A stretch of 64,000 nt of DNA. Source: Raillietiella orientalis (Eukaryota). The notes below the pieces were generated by a model, which did no database searches, was not told the DNA's origin, and was given only the letters and a program-made list of their open reading frames with translations. Made by a program: the position numbers and the translations under genes. Below, in pieces: positions 25,466 through 39,852 of the stretch. The DNA lies in contig JAYWIR010000032.1 of assembly GCA_036172245.1 (NCBI GenBank), positions 2,356,001-2,420,000 on the forward strand, given 5' to 3'. Numbering within the stretch: position 1 is the stretch's first letter; the number at the start of each line of letters is the position of its first letter.

Positions 25466-28400
25466 GTCGCCCACGTTTTTGTGGAGATTAAAAAAAGGAG
25501 AAAAAACATTGCGAGGATTAATGACGTTGTTCCCGTTCGCAGTGGAGGAGGAGCAATGACACTTTTGATACCTCGTGTGCTACTGCTGAATGCGCGTTTG
25601 TAATCGAACGCATCCGTTCTTAATCGTCTCATGCATCAGTGCGAAGCGGCACCCACAGCAGCAATGCGTTCTTCCGACACCTCCGATCGGGAGATGCATC
25701 ACTTGGCAGAAATCCTGGCCCTAGCCAACAACAGTTTACCACTTTGGGATTTGCACGAGAGCGCGTTGCCAGGGCACGGTCCACGTAGCGAAAGAGGTCA
25801 GTGATGCGAAGGCACCGTGCCACTGGTTGGTGCGTCCTCGGCGCCTCGGTCCTGCCGAAAATCTTTCTCTGCAACTCTAAGGTCCCTGGTTGCTCCCCCC
25901 TCCCCCAGTACAATACAATTTTTCCTCCCTGTTAACTTTGGTGCCAGCTCCAAGGATCCGAAATGTCAGCGTCATCGACCAACGCGTGCTCTTCAGTGCT
26001 CTCGGCGCTTCGCACGCGGGGGAGGAGGAGGGGGAAGCCATTAACGTGGTAGCGTTTTCGCTGCAGCGCACACGAAGGTGCACGCTTGTGACGAACAGAT
26101 GATGCAGCATGGCGGCTCTCTTGGATGTGATGCGGAAGATTGCACAGCTCACATTGGTTTTGTGTTTTTGCATCCAGCAGCAGCTACGATGCAGCAGACG
26201 TTTCCTATACCCAACGAGCTTCTCTACGCAATTTCCGGCAGCACTCAAACACGTACGAGGGGCGAGCTGCAAGCGTTGTACATTAGAATCCATGCTCCTC
26301 ATTGAGTAGACTTTCCTTTATGCATGCGTATACATGCGTACATACGTATGTGCATATATATATTTTTTCGAACACTGTCGTCATTTGTTGACTCATCTGA
26401 ATTCGCTGGTAGCACGGACACCACAGATTCTGTGTACTCACGTTTGGCCAAAAGTTGGGAATTGCATCATCGAGATAGCAGTGGAAGGGCAGGATTTTCG
26501 TACCACCGAGAAGAACACATAGAGAAAAGGAAAGAAGGAAAACGCACAATCGCTTCTCTTCCTCTAAAAGTTAGGGGTTTTCTCTTTTGAGAGCCTTTTT
26601 CCCTTCTAACCAAACAAGGACTTTAATAAAAGGCAGGAGAAAATCAATTCTGGCGTTGAGGGTTTTCTGAGGAACTCAAATATTTTCGACGGCCAGAACA
26701 AACAGGGGAAAAATCAAAATCCGATGCGACGAGCGCATCGAGCAGCGCACGTTCGACACTTCCGAATGAAAGGGCGTGTGGCAGCCACAACATGGCGGCA
26801 GCCGCAGCCGGCATTGTTGCGTGTCCTCTGTACGCGGGGACATAACCAGGGGGTGGACTGCCTCCAGGATGGCGCCCGCACCCTCGTCCCAGTTGATTCG
26901 AGCGGAAGGATGCTGGAAGCAAGACGCGTCGCAATGGGCTCTCGGGGATGGGGGGGGGGGGGAGAAGGAAGTTCTCGCAGAACAGGGGGTCTTCTCGTGG
27001 ATGCCTTCCCGTTTTTTACGCTTCTCTTCTCACGTCGCTTTACGGTTCGAAGCAAGTCCGCGATCGAAGGGGGGGGGGGGGGGACAAGGACACGCCGTCT
27101 TTTTTTCCCCTTCTTTTCTGGAGTCCGCACCGAGTAATCTCCGTTTTGTCAACTTTTCTGATGTTCCTGACGTTTTACTTGCACAGGTTCTCCTCTCGAT
27201 CGGAATCCCGCCGATTTTTATTAATTAAACTGAAAACACGCATGAAACAGTAAAATAAATAAATAAGAGCAAAAAACTTGGCTCAAAACGTGTTGTTTCA
27301 TTTTGTTTCTTTCTCTTTTTTTTTTTGTTGTTGTTGAAAAAAAAAAAAAAAAAAAAAAGGCCAAGATTAATCGAAACGGTCAAACAGGAAATGCAAACAT
27401 CTCCTTGCAGCCCTGAAAACACATCCTGCTCATGGGATTCGTATGAGTTTGCTTGGGCGCTGTTCAGAACTTGTATTGAGATCCATTTAGTACATCGGAG
27501 AACGCGGGTTTGTTTTAAGCCACCATCGCTGTCACGTTTGGTTGCAGCGAGCGGCCTTCCAGAGAGGGAAATTCTTAATTAGGGATGTGTTTTCGCGTTT
27601 GGTTGAAACTGGCTGCCAATTATTATTGGACACTGTATTCCTATCTCCTTCCTTCTGCTTCTTTCTTCCTTTCCTCCTCCTTCTTCCTCATGAGGTGGTG
27701 GTGGTGGTGGTAATCCATACCAGCGTCACGCGCCTGCATCCGCGATTCGGACGATATGACCCGGGACAGACGATTCCTGCGAACCGTGAGAGAGCGTCGC
27801 GCCAAGCTCTCTTCACCCAGAGCATGCTGGGGGGGCCTTAAGGGTGCGAGCGTTCTGTGCATTCGTTAGGCCACCAGCGGCCGGCCGCCTGTGCCAGTTC
27901 GCTTGCAAAACCGGAGGCGTTCGCGGAGGAAACGTCCCTCGCGGTGTTCCGTCAGGGACCCGTCAAAGACGTCGCCGGGGAGTTCGAGCGAACTTTGCAC
28001 GCGGCTTTGCATGCCTTGGGGCTGTTTACTCCGCGCCTATCCACCATGACGGCTCTTTTTGACTTACCTCAGCAGCAATGCGTTGGGCCACGAATGAACG
28101 CAATCACTTCGTTACGAGCGCGGAAGTGGAGCGGTCGCGCTTTCGGCACCGCGGGTGTGCCGCGGCATCACTGAAGGCTTACAGGCAGAGCGCACCACAC
28201 CGCCATAGGGGAGGATGACGCCGATTGACAAGAGATGCGTGTGGCAAAGTCGTTTCCACACTCGCCGATTATGTTGCCGTTCTGCGGCGCGTGCGAATGC
28301 GAAGGAAAGAGTTCGGCGAAGTCGGGGTTGCGTTCACAAGAACGCGCCTCTGTGTGCGTGCGTGTCTGTGTTGGGAGGGGGAATTTCTACTCTTCGTCCT

Positions 28401-31400
28401 TTTCTTGTCTTTTTTGAAAGTGCCACGAAGCATAGAAGCACACTGCTTGCCGAACTGTACGACTGTCTATCCAGTCACGAGATGAGCTGCGCGGCTGGAT
28501 CCACACCAACCTATAATGGCCTCTGAAAGATCAATTCTGTGGAAGAGGAAAGACAGGAATTTTCTGGTTCAGTGAAATCATTGCTCTTTTCTTGAATCGC
28601 ATGGATTAAACAACAACAATCACAACCACAGAAAATGAAACAGCATTCCATCATGCATCAAGATCGAAACGAAACAGTGGAAAATTTGGATAGGTGAGAA
28701 ATAATAGACAGGGTCAGGGGAGGACACACAGTGAAGGGCTCCAGCTCGTGGGAATATCGGGAGCAGAACAATCGGTAAGCTCAAGCATGAAGAGTGGAAC
28801 CGCATCAATCTCGCGCTCATCGGAGTGCCTCCAAGTCATCAATCCTTGCTCTGATGTTTCTGTCGGTGCTATCAGAGGTCAAGGGAAGGAGCCTTAGAGG
28901 CTTCGGGAGAAGACACTTCCTGCTTTTTAGGGGCACGCTGCGTCAAGAGGCCGCCTTTCCGGACGCGTCTATGGTGAACTGGACTCTGGACTTGAGGAAC
29001 AGAGGGGCAACCTTGCCCTCGATTTTAGTTGGGTACTTGTCACAGTGATGGCGCGTGAGACAAGGGTTGAGGGGTTGCGGACAGAGTTGCCGGTTCAAAA
29101 GTTGGGTCTGCAGCAGCGCTTCCTGGAGCACCGGGCCGCGACTCACGTCTCTCCTCTTTCCCCTTCTTGCCGGGGTAGCAGGGCTTGCTCAGTGCGTCCG
29201 GCCTGCCTCGGAGCTTTTCACCACTTCCTGTCGAACGCCCCTCCGTGTTTTCGCCCTTCGCTCAAGGCCACGGGGAGGCCGAACGTCCCGAGGGAAACGC
29301 CACACCAATTTTCGGAAACCAAAACTTACGGCGCCGACCGCTCTGCGCCGATCCGAAGAGAGGGTTGTCGCTGTGCAGCGGTCCTGGTAGGAGGGAAGAC
29401 TTGCCCGAGACGCTGAGACAAATCCATTCTTCAGGAGTCCCTTCACGCCGTGCTAGGCGGCTGCAGCAAGACACCCTCTGCGGCAGGAGAGACCTGGCGC
29501 GGATTCTAGCCAAGCGAACCAAACTCGCCGCTGGTGTCCTTCCGCAACGCTGAGAGGCAGGTTGATTCCAGACAGCGCCAAGGGGTGGGACGGTGTGTGT
29601 GTGTGCGTGTGCGTGTGCGCGCCGTGCTTTGGGACACGAGGGAAGAAGGGAAGCTGCCTGGATACAAGCCTGATAGCAACGAGACGCGCGCTTCTTTCTG
29701 ACCTCTCGAGAGTATCCCTTCCTGCCTTCGCCAAGAGCTGCCACACGCATTATCCGGCACCCGCGACGCCGGCACCAGCGCGTCTACTGGCCCCCGCCTC
29801 TCGTACCGCTGCTGTTTCGCTCGAGCACAGGGCAACGCGCGTGCGCGCATGCGCGGGGCGCGCGCACTGCCGGAACACGGGCGCGCCGTATACCACGTGA
29901 TTTGCTCGACGGAGAGGAGCGGCGCGCTTGGGACTGTCGGCCCACATTCCGGCGGCGGAAACAACACACGTAAGTGCTCGGGGTTTTCTGTCCTTCCCTC
30001 CCTCATCTCTCTCTTTCTCTTTACTTCCCGGATCGCAAAGGCGCCGCGCGCCCGCCTCCGGGAGACCGGCCGCCGATCTCCAGAGGCTTCGGAAACGCGG
30101 GACGGGCTCGGGGGCACAAATGCTGCGAGCGGAGGGGTGGGTACGAGAGGAGGCTCGCTCTGCCGCGGATCACGCGAGGCGCGTCACCAGCTTCCCCGCT
30201 ACAAGAGAAGCTTCCGGGGTCTGCGGAGTGTTCCCGGTGGGCCTCCGACGTAGGAGGCGCGTTCCCGCCAGCGGCCGTGGGTTCCTGAGCGCGGAAGGCG
30301 CAGCAGACAAACGCAGTCGTGGGTCCTTGGGCGCCCGGTCTCCAGGGAAACGGGTTCCTTTAGTTGGGAGCACGGGCCCTGGCGCTCTCCTTCCCAAGGA
30401 GAGAGGCACGCGTCTCAATCTTTCCCTGAGACCCAGGATTTCCCGGGCATCGCCTGGGATCGCTTCGTGGTACGGAGCGCGCGGGGGCGTTAGAGCGCTT
30501 GGACGCGATGCCGCTGGTGCGGACGGGTGCATCTCTCCAGGCCGGAAGGGTGGAGTGGAGCTGGGCGGGGTCGTGGCTGCACCCGTTCTCCTTCCCTTCC
30601 GCCTCCTCCCAGACCGTTCCGCCTCCTCCTCATCTCGGCCTTTCGGCTAAGATCAAAGTGTTGCCTCCTCGGAAGGGCAAGCCCGGTCCCCTCCGCCCCA
30701 CGCTCGGTGGAGGAACGAGTGTGGAGGCCCGCTGAAGAGTTTGGGTCTCCAGCACGCAGAACTGCCGTCCGTCCTGGCATCCACAGAAGCGACCAACGTC
30801 TCCAACTGCATGGCTCGCCGGAAGCCGCCGCGTCTCCCCAGAGCGCCCCCGGACAGCCCTGCCTGCCGACCCTGTTCCCGCCCTCGCCGGTCGTCGCCAC
30901 GACATGCGAGCGGCCACGGGCGCGCCCCGCCGAGGAGACTAATGGTCTTCGCCCCGCATGGCTGTTCCTACCCCCGCTTTGCGCCCTGGTGCCGCTGCTG
31001 GCGGCAGCGCTCCGCTCGAGCCTCCCGCACTTCTTGTCGTGACGGTGGCGGGAAGAGATCTGTTGGGCAGCGCCACCGAAATCGACAGCGCTTGCGGAAC
31101 CGTGTGGCCGCGGGTCTAACGCCGGCATTTCCGCGGGATCGAACGGCAAACGGAGGGAGGGGCAACAGGGAGAGACAATCTCCCTTCCCTCCCCCCCCTC
31201 CCCCTCCCACCCCGGTGCTTCCGTAGTTTCGTGGGTCCCAGGAAAGAAGACAGCGGCGGCGGCAGCAGCGTGAGGCTCCCTCAAGACCCGCCGGCCGAAT
31301 TTCCGAAGGGGAAAAGCTGGAACACGAGGATCGTATGCTTTATCCCGGACTCGGAGAGGCCTCTGGGGCGAACGTCCGCCGTGCCAGCACTGCCGTGCCC

Positions 31401-32024
31401 CCTCTTCGGTGCTTGTGTGGTTCGGATGCTCTCTTCGTGACCTCCCTCAGGGGAGAGGAAAACGGGCGACGCGGGGCTCTAGCAGGTACCAGATAGAAGG
31501 AACCTTCGGGATGAGGTGCTTGTGAGAGGGGCGGGAAGGGAAGTCGGTGCGGTCGCACGTCTCGGCGCACAGGTGCGACGGCTCAGCGCCCGCGCGCGCT
31601 TCCTCCCTCCGGCCCCGAAGCGAAAACGAGAGCGAAGATGGCTCTCGTGCGCTGAGTCTTCCCCCTCAAGAGCAATTGCCGAGAGACGCCCCTTTGGTTA
31701 CTTGCCGAATGAGCGAGCGAGTGCCGAGAGAGTGAGCAGGTCGTCAGCGTAACAGGGGTCCGCGATGCTTGACGTTCGCCGCCTCTCTCTCCCGTGAGGA
31801 AATCGACCGGGGACTCCCGAAGAATGGCCCTCTTCCCTTTTTGTTTCCATGTGATTGGGCACAAGTAAACAAACACAGAGGGAAACCTTTTGCGAGAGTT
31901 TTTGGTAAACAACTTCTCCGCAGAGTACGGAAGGGATGCAGATACGTTTTGGGCAGCGTGACTCAACATCGGTGCGCACGCGCCTCCGAATCAACACTTG
32001 GGAGGGAAGAAGAAAGAAAGAAGC

Positions 32025-32072
32025 AAAAAAAAAAAAAAAAAAGAAGAAGAAGAAGAAGAAGAAGAAAAAAAA
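32025..32072. repeat. Poly-A plus (GAA)n microsatellite
   Basis: A-run followed by gaagaagaa repeats. Confidence 0.9.
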
Positions 32073-35000
32073 GAGGAGAGTCCTGAGTTGCGGATCCGGC
32101 AGCTGCTGTCGCGTGCTCTCCCCGTCCGTTAACGGAAACCCATATTGGATGATCTGGAGCATCTTCGTCACCTCTTGAAGCTCGATACACGCAGCCAGAG
32201 AAAACGCAGCATCGCACTTTGCGACGCCGTCTTTCTCGCACAACGCATGCATCTTATCATCGCGGAGGGAAGGAGGGGAAGAAGCCATCCCAGCGTTGTG
32301 TGGACAAACGTGCTTGCTTTATGCGTCGACAGTTGCACAAATTACCACGTGCCTGCGATCCGTTCCCCTGGCAGCAATTTACAGTCAGCTCAGCCGCGCG
32401 CACCTTTCAAATGATTTCACTGTTTCGATCATTAATTCAAGGCCAGGTTTCCGGCATCTCATTAACGGTTGGCTGTTGTGAGCGTGTAGTATATTCATTC
32501 GAATCAGAATGGATGAAGATAAAACCGTTAATTTGCAGGCGCACTTCATGGAGCCGAAATCCAAGAAGGGAGGGGAGGGAGGGGGGGGGGAGGGAACGTG
32601 CGCACGGCGCGGGCGCGCACGCACACACTTTTAAAGAGAGGGGGGGGGGGAGAGATTAGGAGATAGAGAGATGGGCATGCATACATACATATATTACAAG
32701 ATGTTCCCATCGTATCACGGCACTGTGATTTTCACTCGTGACGCAGGGAAGGTTGCGAAACCCAGGCCGGAGCAGGCTGTTCGCTGTAATGAACCATCAA
32801 CAGGAGGGGGGATGGGAAAGCGAGAAAAAGATGCGCTGGTAGCTCCACATATTTTCGCATCGCAAGTCGCACACACAAGTCAGTTAACGTGCTTTCCGGG
32901 ACATCCATTAGTCCAGGAGAGCACATCCCAGCTGGTGAAAGCAAGCAAGCAAGCATTCCTCATCTGGCGCACGGTCGTTGGGTGTCGGACAGGGCGACCG
33001 GGACATGCTGCATGAAACCGGGACACCTTTCCTACTGACGTAATGCTTTGTGTGAGCAGCCATGGCTTCTTTTTCTTGTTGTTGTTGTCGTCGTCGTCGT
33101 CGTCATTACGATTATGCAGGCTGCAAGCACTAGCAAGGATAGTAGTAACACAACCAACTGCGAGTATGAAGAATCCCAATAAACTGTTTCATCAAAATGA
33201 CCAAAAAAAGCCATAATCCAACTACGAAGGGGGGGGGGGGTGAGAGGGGATGAAAAGAATGAAAAACCAATAGCGGGCTAGGTAGGGCATTTGTAAAAAG
33301 AAAAACGGTCACCAAAGCACAGTTACTATAATACACGCACTCTACCTCGCATCCTGGACTCGGACCGCTCGTTCTGCAGCGTCCCTGTAGGTGTCAGGCA
33401 AGAATGCCCGCAATTGTTGCGCATCCTTCCGTTTCCGCGACGAGTGTGGTGGCGCGCGTACGATTAGGTTCACAAGAAACCGTGTGTCTCTGTGTGAGGT
33501 CCTGCAGGCACGCTCCGTGGTGGTCGTAGATGCTTTTTCTTACCGCTGCCCTCGTGCCGAGCGTGCTTCCGTTTCCAATGCGATCGTCGCGACCAGGAAG
33601 CGGACCGGGAGATACACCCTTCTCCGCCCACGCACTAGCATCCTGCCCACTGCTCTTTGCCCCTTTTTAAAACCTGGTCCTTCGCTCACACTGGTTGAAG
33701 TGGTTCGGCATTGCGCGCTGCCACGGAGACCGGGTACGAGCCCGTGTCCCGAAGCCCTCCCCATATTCTTCCTTCGTGATGTACAGCACAGATCGCCCAG
33801 GGAGGTCAGCCGTCCTGACCACACTTATTTGGAGCCGAAAGGACGGCATCTGCGTGCCTTGTTGTACTCTTAGGATCGCAAGGTCGCTTCCTCGCCTCTT
33901 CTTACCGTGATAGAAAGCGCTTTCGTGCGTGCCTTGTGGAGTCGGAGGCTGAACCATCGCTATCGTACGATGCACTTACGGCGGCGGCTGCTGCTCGCAG
34001 GAAAAGCTTTCGTTCTCTTCCCTGCATCCCGAAACCATCTCTGCCACCGTCTCCTCCATTAGGTGAGTACCACCCATCTCCGTCCTGGAGCGGACGGTTC
34101 CCACAAACGCACGCGCGGCTTCTGCGTTTTCGCATTTTCGTGGAGTTCATGTGGGCGGAAGAGATGGAAAGATGGATGTGAGAAGAAATGCTGCGGTTCT
34201 CGCTGCCGGCAGAGGCAGCACAGGAGACGCAACGATCGTCTCGCTATGGCAACGCGGTTTCGGAGAGGAGGGGAGCGAACTTTTTCTTCCCTTGTGACAG
34301 CCGGTGACAACCAATCGGGAATACCAGGACGTCGCATCGTGTTTGAATGGTGGCGCAGCTGCAGAAAGTGACGAAGGAAACAGCAAAGAGGATTCTGAAC
34401 CCATCCCTGCTTCCTTCCATCCTTCTTGGAAGGGGAAGGAGCGGCGGGAGAAGGAAATGTGCTGCCACGAAACTCTCCCTCGATTGGATCGATTTTCCTA
34501 CTCTTCGTTTCCTCCTCTCCCTCTCCCGCGATCCAGAATGGTGGTGGTCTTTCCTTTCCCTTCCCTCTCCGCCCCGCGTTGTTTGCTCTGCTCTCCCCGT
34601 CCCTTTCGCTTCTCGACTGGACGGGCGGCAGGAGCGACGCAAGCCTTCTTCCCCCGGAAGGACAGACCGACGGACGTTCCTGTGGGTGGCGTACGCACCT
34701 GTGGAGACGTCCGTCCCTTTCCGCTCCGCGTCAGGTGCCTCGAGTTCCCCTCTTCGTTTTTGGTGCCGGAAAGGGTTCGCGTGGGAACCGCACGGCGGCA
34801 GACGGAACAGGCGCCGCCGTCGCCTCCGATCTCCGTTTCTCGTGACTACCTCCGCAGCCACCGCTTCCGGGGCAGTGTTTTGGGTGGGTTTCTTCTTCCT
34901 CCGACAATCGGCTGCAGGGGTGGGAGTGTGAGGGTGGGGGAGGGTGGTGGTGATGACCCCTCGATGCCGTTCCCTCTTCCCCTCCACCATTCTTCTTCCC

Positions 35001-35088
35001 ATCTGCCTCTCGCGCTTCTCGGGAGACCGCCAGTTTCCGCGCCCCCACGCGAAGCGCCTCTGCGTCTCTGGAGAGGCGTTGCTAGAGG

Positions 35089-36593
35089 ATGCACCGAGAC
35101 CAACCGCTGCTGGGTTCCAGAAGGCTCTCTGCGTTCCTATGTCGTCATCTTCGTCCGACTGAGCAGCAGCGTCCAGCGATGGAGCATCGCAGTACGCAGA
35201 CCATCCTCATCACGGAGCCGTCCATAGGTGAGCGCCAGCTTTTCATCCTTTCGAGGCTCCCTGCAGCTCCTTTCCTCCGTGCCGGCCTCCCCGAAAGGCA
35301 ATTCCCTCCAGAAAAACTTTTTTTTTCTTCACTTAACTATGGAGATGGACTGATGGGTGAGTGACCACTCCCGCCCCCTGCACAGAGAGCAGACGTTCCT
35401 GACGCGAGCCCTCTCTCAGGAGCACCCATCCTTTGGCCCCTGCGACGGAGGGTCGCTCGCGTGCGCGAGAGGGAGGAGGGAGAAAACTAATGCTGTCTTC
35501 CTCTCTCTCCCTTAACCTCGCCCCCTGTCCCGGGGTGTCGCCCTACTCGTGCCGGTAGTGGACTGGAAGTACCGTTCTTCGCCTTCCTTTCCACTTTCGG
35601 CGGAGGAAAGAGCAGTGGATCCACCCCCCAGTGGGTACCGCCTATGAGTGGGTCCCGCAAAGCGTCCAACAGAAACTCGGTGCCCTCCCCCTACGCTGAC
35701 GTTTCCCTCCCTTCCAGGCGAGAGCTTCGACAGCGGTCGTGGCGTCCCTCCGATTTCCGTGGAGACGAGGCCGGAAGACAGCTCCATGAAGTGTGGTGAC
35801 CACCTCCTCTCTCCCAACAAGGCGCGCGCGGTAAGCAATGGGAGAAAGACCAGCCCCTGCATCTCCGACAGGGTCCCGGTGGAGGGGACGAGCGGATGCG
35901 TCAGAGCCCGTGTGTGCCCTGAGATAAGGCAGCCCCTCCCTCCGCAACCCCCTCCGCAGTCGAGGGTTCCCACGCTCCGCAGCCCGGGAATCCTTGACTG
36001 TTTCCCCCAGGCGAGAAAGGAACTCTTCCTTGCTCCCCATTCCTTTTTTCCAGACTCGCTTCCGGTTTGAAAGAGGCCGCGTGCATCTCCGGGCATCCTC
36101 CTATGTAAACTCTGGGCGAGTGCGGACGCAGCTGCCGCGTTTCCCGCGCGAGAACGTCCGTTCCTCCTCTCAGCTGGGTTCCGGAAACCTCGGGATACTT
36201 GAAGGAACGGAGGCCGCACGCACGCACGCAGCTCCCGCTGCCGGAGGAATCGCGAGCAGCGCCGTGACCCGCGCGGGGGCGGCGGCGCGCGAGACTCGAT
36301 CGCTCTAAGAAGGCCGTCCCTGGCGTCGCCTTCCCCCTCTTCCTTCAAAGCCGCCGCAGTCCTCGACTGCAGCGACCTCCTTGCCCTGCTCCATTTCGGG
36401 GGACCTCCCCATTCCGGTGACTCTGACAGCGGCACCTCGGTTGCTTTTCAGCTGTCGCGCCGCATCTCCTCGGACCGGTCGTCGGACGATGGCTCCAGCG
36501 CCTCCAGCAACTCGACGTCTTCGGTGTCCTCGTCCAGCCCGAGGAATTTCTTCTTCGGCATGTTCTACGGCACGGCCAGGCTCTTCCAGAAAG
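35089..36593 (+). CDS. Candidate upstream coding exons of the RGS gene (35089-35227, 35718-35830, ~36350-36593; possibly also ~33950-34062 and 37470-37524)
   Basis: Open frames bounded by good donors (G|gtgagc, GCG|gtaagc, AAAG|gtcagc). The 35227/35718 join is phase-compatible. Ser-rich low-complexity peptides (RRLSAFL, TILITEPS, SFDSG, DSDSG). Full connectivity to the RGS exons not established. Confidence 0.45.
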
Positions 36594-38713
36594 GTCAGCA
36601 GAGGCTCCTGAGCTGCCCCCTTCCCTGACAAGCGGGCGTTTCATGTGCGCATGATAAGCGGACCGCAGGAAGGACGGACGGGTGCAGTCCGTCCGTCCTG
36701 CCACCGCGCACTCCTTCCCGCCAGCGGTGGTACGGACCACCTTCGGGACGACGTCCCTCTCTCCGCGTTAATAGTCTTCGCCACAGGTGGCTCCTCCTCC
36801 ATGGGGAGCCGCGGTGCGAACCAGCTGCGTAGCTCCAGAGGCACGGCACTGAGGAGGAAAATCCGGTCCAGGAAGGTGCAAGACGTATCTTCCCGCGCAG
36901 GAGCTGGCGCTGTACTCCGGGAGCGAGATGGCCTTCACCCTCCTCGACCCTGGGAGATTTACTGGAGAGGAAAGGAAACGATGACCTTTCCGTCCAGCCC
37001 TTCACCGTGTCCCTTCGCGCTCATCTCCCAGAGTCCCCCAGTAGCGCCGGGAGCCCTCTTCGAGGGTGCAGCCAGTGCCTGCCGCGCGGGCGTCTGCTTC
37101 CGCGAACCTAGCACGAGATCTTGCGCCAGTGCTAGGTCCTCCCACATCGGGAGGTGCGGAGGGCGGGCGCCCAAGAACCGAAGGACACGCCTCCGTGGGA
37201 CCACGTTCATGGTCTGCAAGAAAGGGACTGAGGAGGGACCTCAGAGTTTATCTGGTCCTGCGGAAGACTGGCGCGTCGTTTCTTCCTTGCGCCAGGGACG
37301 TTCCACGGGGGTACCCAGCCGCGTCCTCTTCGCCCTTCCTGCCCGCCGAGCCTCCCTGTTTTCCTCTGAGCATCCACCCTTGCTTTCCAGAGATGCGCTC
37401 CAAGACGCCCCCTGCCAGCCGAACGCCCATCGAGCAGAGCGCTTGCACGGCGATGTATTCTCTGCGCAGATCAAAGAGCGCGGGGAACGATGTGCCGCTC
37501 TATGCGCAGTTCCTAGGAGAGAAGGTAAGAGACGCCGCCCACGGCTTCCGCGGCCCCTCGCCTCCCCCCCCCATGCCCCCTTCTGTCGCGGCAGCAGAGG
37601 TGAGCAAGAGCGGCTTGCCGCTGCCCCAAGGCGGCGCCGTCAGCAAGGAGTCAGAAGAACTGGGGTGAAGGTGAGAGCGTCTGTCTGGCGAGAGGTCATC
37701 CGCCCTCTTGCTCAGACCCCAGGGGAGAAGCTGTGGTGCTGGCGCCACCACGACTGTCGGTGCGCCGTGCATTTTAGGAAGCAAGCTTTCGACCGGAACT
37801 CCCGCGGGATTCAGGGAACTGGCAGGGGGCCGTCCCGGAGTGGTCGAAAGTCCCTGATGGGACGCAGCGCCCATCGCGTCAGTTCAGAGCGGCCGGGTCT
37901 CCTCCTCCTCGGCGGAGAGTCTGGCTATTCCCCAGGTTCCCTGGCACAAAGGAGAGGGGTGCCGGGCTCTGCCATGACGGTTTCTCGCGGAAGTGCCCCG
38001 TCCCCCGTCAAGGCGGGAGGGATGCGGCAGCACCTCCCTCAGTAGCCGGGCAACTTCCCGCAGCATCACCACCGTGTTCTCTCTGTGACCTTCTTTGTAG
38101 GTGGGGTCTCGCGTCTGTTCCTTCTTTGCCCCCCATCCCCCTCGGACTTCCATACCAGAACTTGTCGAAGGGGTCGAAGACGAGCCCCCTCTTCACCCTC
38201 CCAAGGGCACGGGGGATCCTCTTGGAAGGGGGAGAGCTCCCGCTCAGATTAGCCTCTTCTTTTGTAGCCCATCTCCAAGACGAGGACCTCGGAGGCAAAG
38301 CCGTTCGACGCGGAGGAGGATGCCTTCGCCAGGAAGAAGCACACGTGAGTCCCATTGGCTGCCTTTGGCCGGCAGGAGGGATCCGCTCGGGACTCTGCTC
38401 CTCCGCCCTCTCCTCACCCCATCCCCAGTTTCTGCTGGGAAGCGCGTTCTCCTTTCTAGGGAGCGGAAAAGCGGCAGACGAGCAGCGCCCGCCCGGCTCC
38501 GTCGGGCGCTGCTGCTCTCCCGGCGCAGACGCGGGGGGACGGTGCAGGGAAGCAGCGGCGGCGGCCGTGGTTTCCCCGAAATCCCCCTCCTTCCCTCTCT
38601 ACCCTTCTCGGAGCGTGGCAGTCGGGATGGCGCTCGTCCCGCGTCGTCTCGGAAATGCTTCCGTCACGCCCCGCGAGGACACGTCGTGGTTCCAGCCTGC
38701 CTCCGTTTTCCAG

Positions 38714-39852
38714 GAGCTCCGGCCTGAGACAGCGGTTCCGGTGTTTGGGAAACAAGCAGTCTACAGTTGCCATGGGATCCGTCAGACCGACCCCCGAGGA
38801 GGCGAAGTCGTGGGCGGCATCATTCCAGGATCTGCTGGCGTCCAAATGTAATCAACTGGAGGAGGGGAGGGAGAGGCGCGCGCGCGCGCGCTGGTGCGGC
38901 GTCCGTGTCGTTCGCCTTATTTCCCGAGGTGCCTCCACGCCTCGGTCCGTACGCGTGCCGGGTAGGGGAAGAGTCCCCCCTCCCCTCCCTCCGTCCCTCC
39001 CTATCTGGTGGCGCACTGGACCCATCTTGCGCATCTTTCGAGGCAGCGCGGGGCAGCCGAGGAGGAAGATGACAGGCGGGAGCAGCATCTTTGGAGGAGT
39101 CCTTTGATCTCGGGAACCCACTCATAATCTTCGGAGCGAGGTTGGCTTCCTGTTCCTCAGGAAGGAAGCGTAGCTGAGGAGCGCACCTACTCCGACGGGG
39201 AGGCGTACCCTCCCTCGCTCAGACCGACTTGCTGCCGTCCTTCCAGGCAGCACGTCGAGCCGCTTTCGGGAGGGCAGGAGGAAGACGAGCCCTCCCTCCC
39301 AGTCAAGAGCGCGCCCGCGTTCTCCGTCTTCGCGATCCTCCGTTGATTCTCGGCCGTTTTCTTAGATGGCACCACCCTCTTCCGAGCCTTCCTGAGGCGC
39401 GAGCACAGTGAAGAGAATCTGGACTTCTGGCTGGCCTGCGAGGCCTTCAAGTCTTGCAGACCCTCCAAGCTCCAGTCCAGGGGTCTAAAGATGTACAGCA
39501 AGTACGTCGCCCTCAATGCCCCCCACGAGGTACTGGCGCAGCGCCCGCTGCCAGGGAGGCGGCTCACCCGCTTCTCTCTCCTCCTCCCCTTCCTTCCGCA
39601 CCTCCTTTCCAGGTGAACGTGGAGATGGAAGCTAGGAACAAGATCCTCTCCGACCTCGAGCGCGCGCCCACGAAGGAGTGCTTCGACAGCGTCCAGAAGA
39701 AGGTCCGGGTGATGCTGGAGAACGACGCCTACCCGCGGTTCCTGCGGTGCAACCTGTTCCTGGAGCTCGCGTACCCTGAGGGCGAGATGGCAGCGGTGGC
39801 AGACGAGAATCCGTCCCTCAAGTTCGAGATCGGGAGGCCCGACGAGACATGA
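38714..39852 (+). CDS. Regulator of G-protein signalling (RGS domain, R4/RGS3-like); 3' exons 38714-38847, 39366-39529, 39613-39852
   Basis: RPTPEEAKSWAASFQDLLASK|YGTTLFRAFLRREHSEENLDFWLACEAFK...YSKYVALNAPHE|VNVEMEARNKI...CFDSVQKKVRVMLENDAYPRFLRCNLF is a canonical RGS box. Confidence 0.93.
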
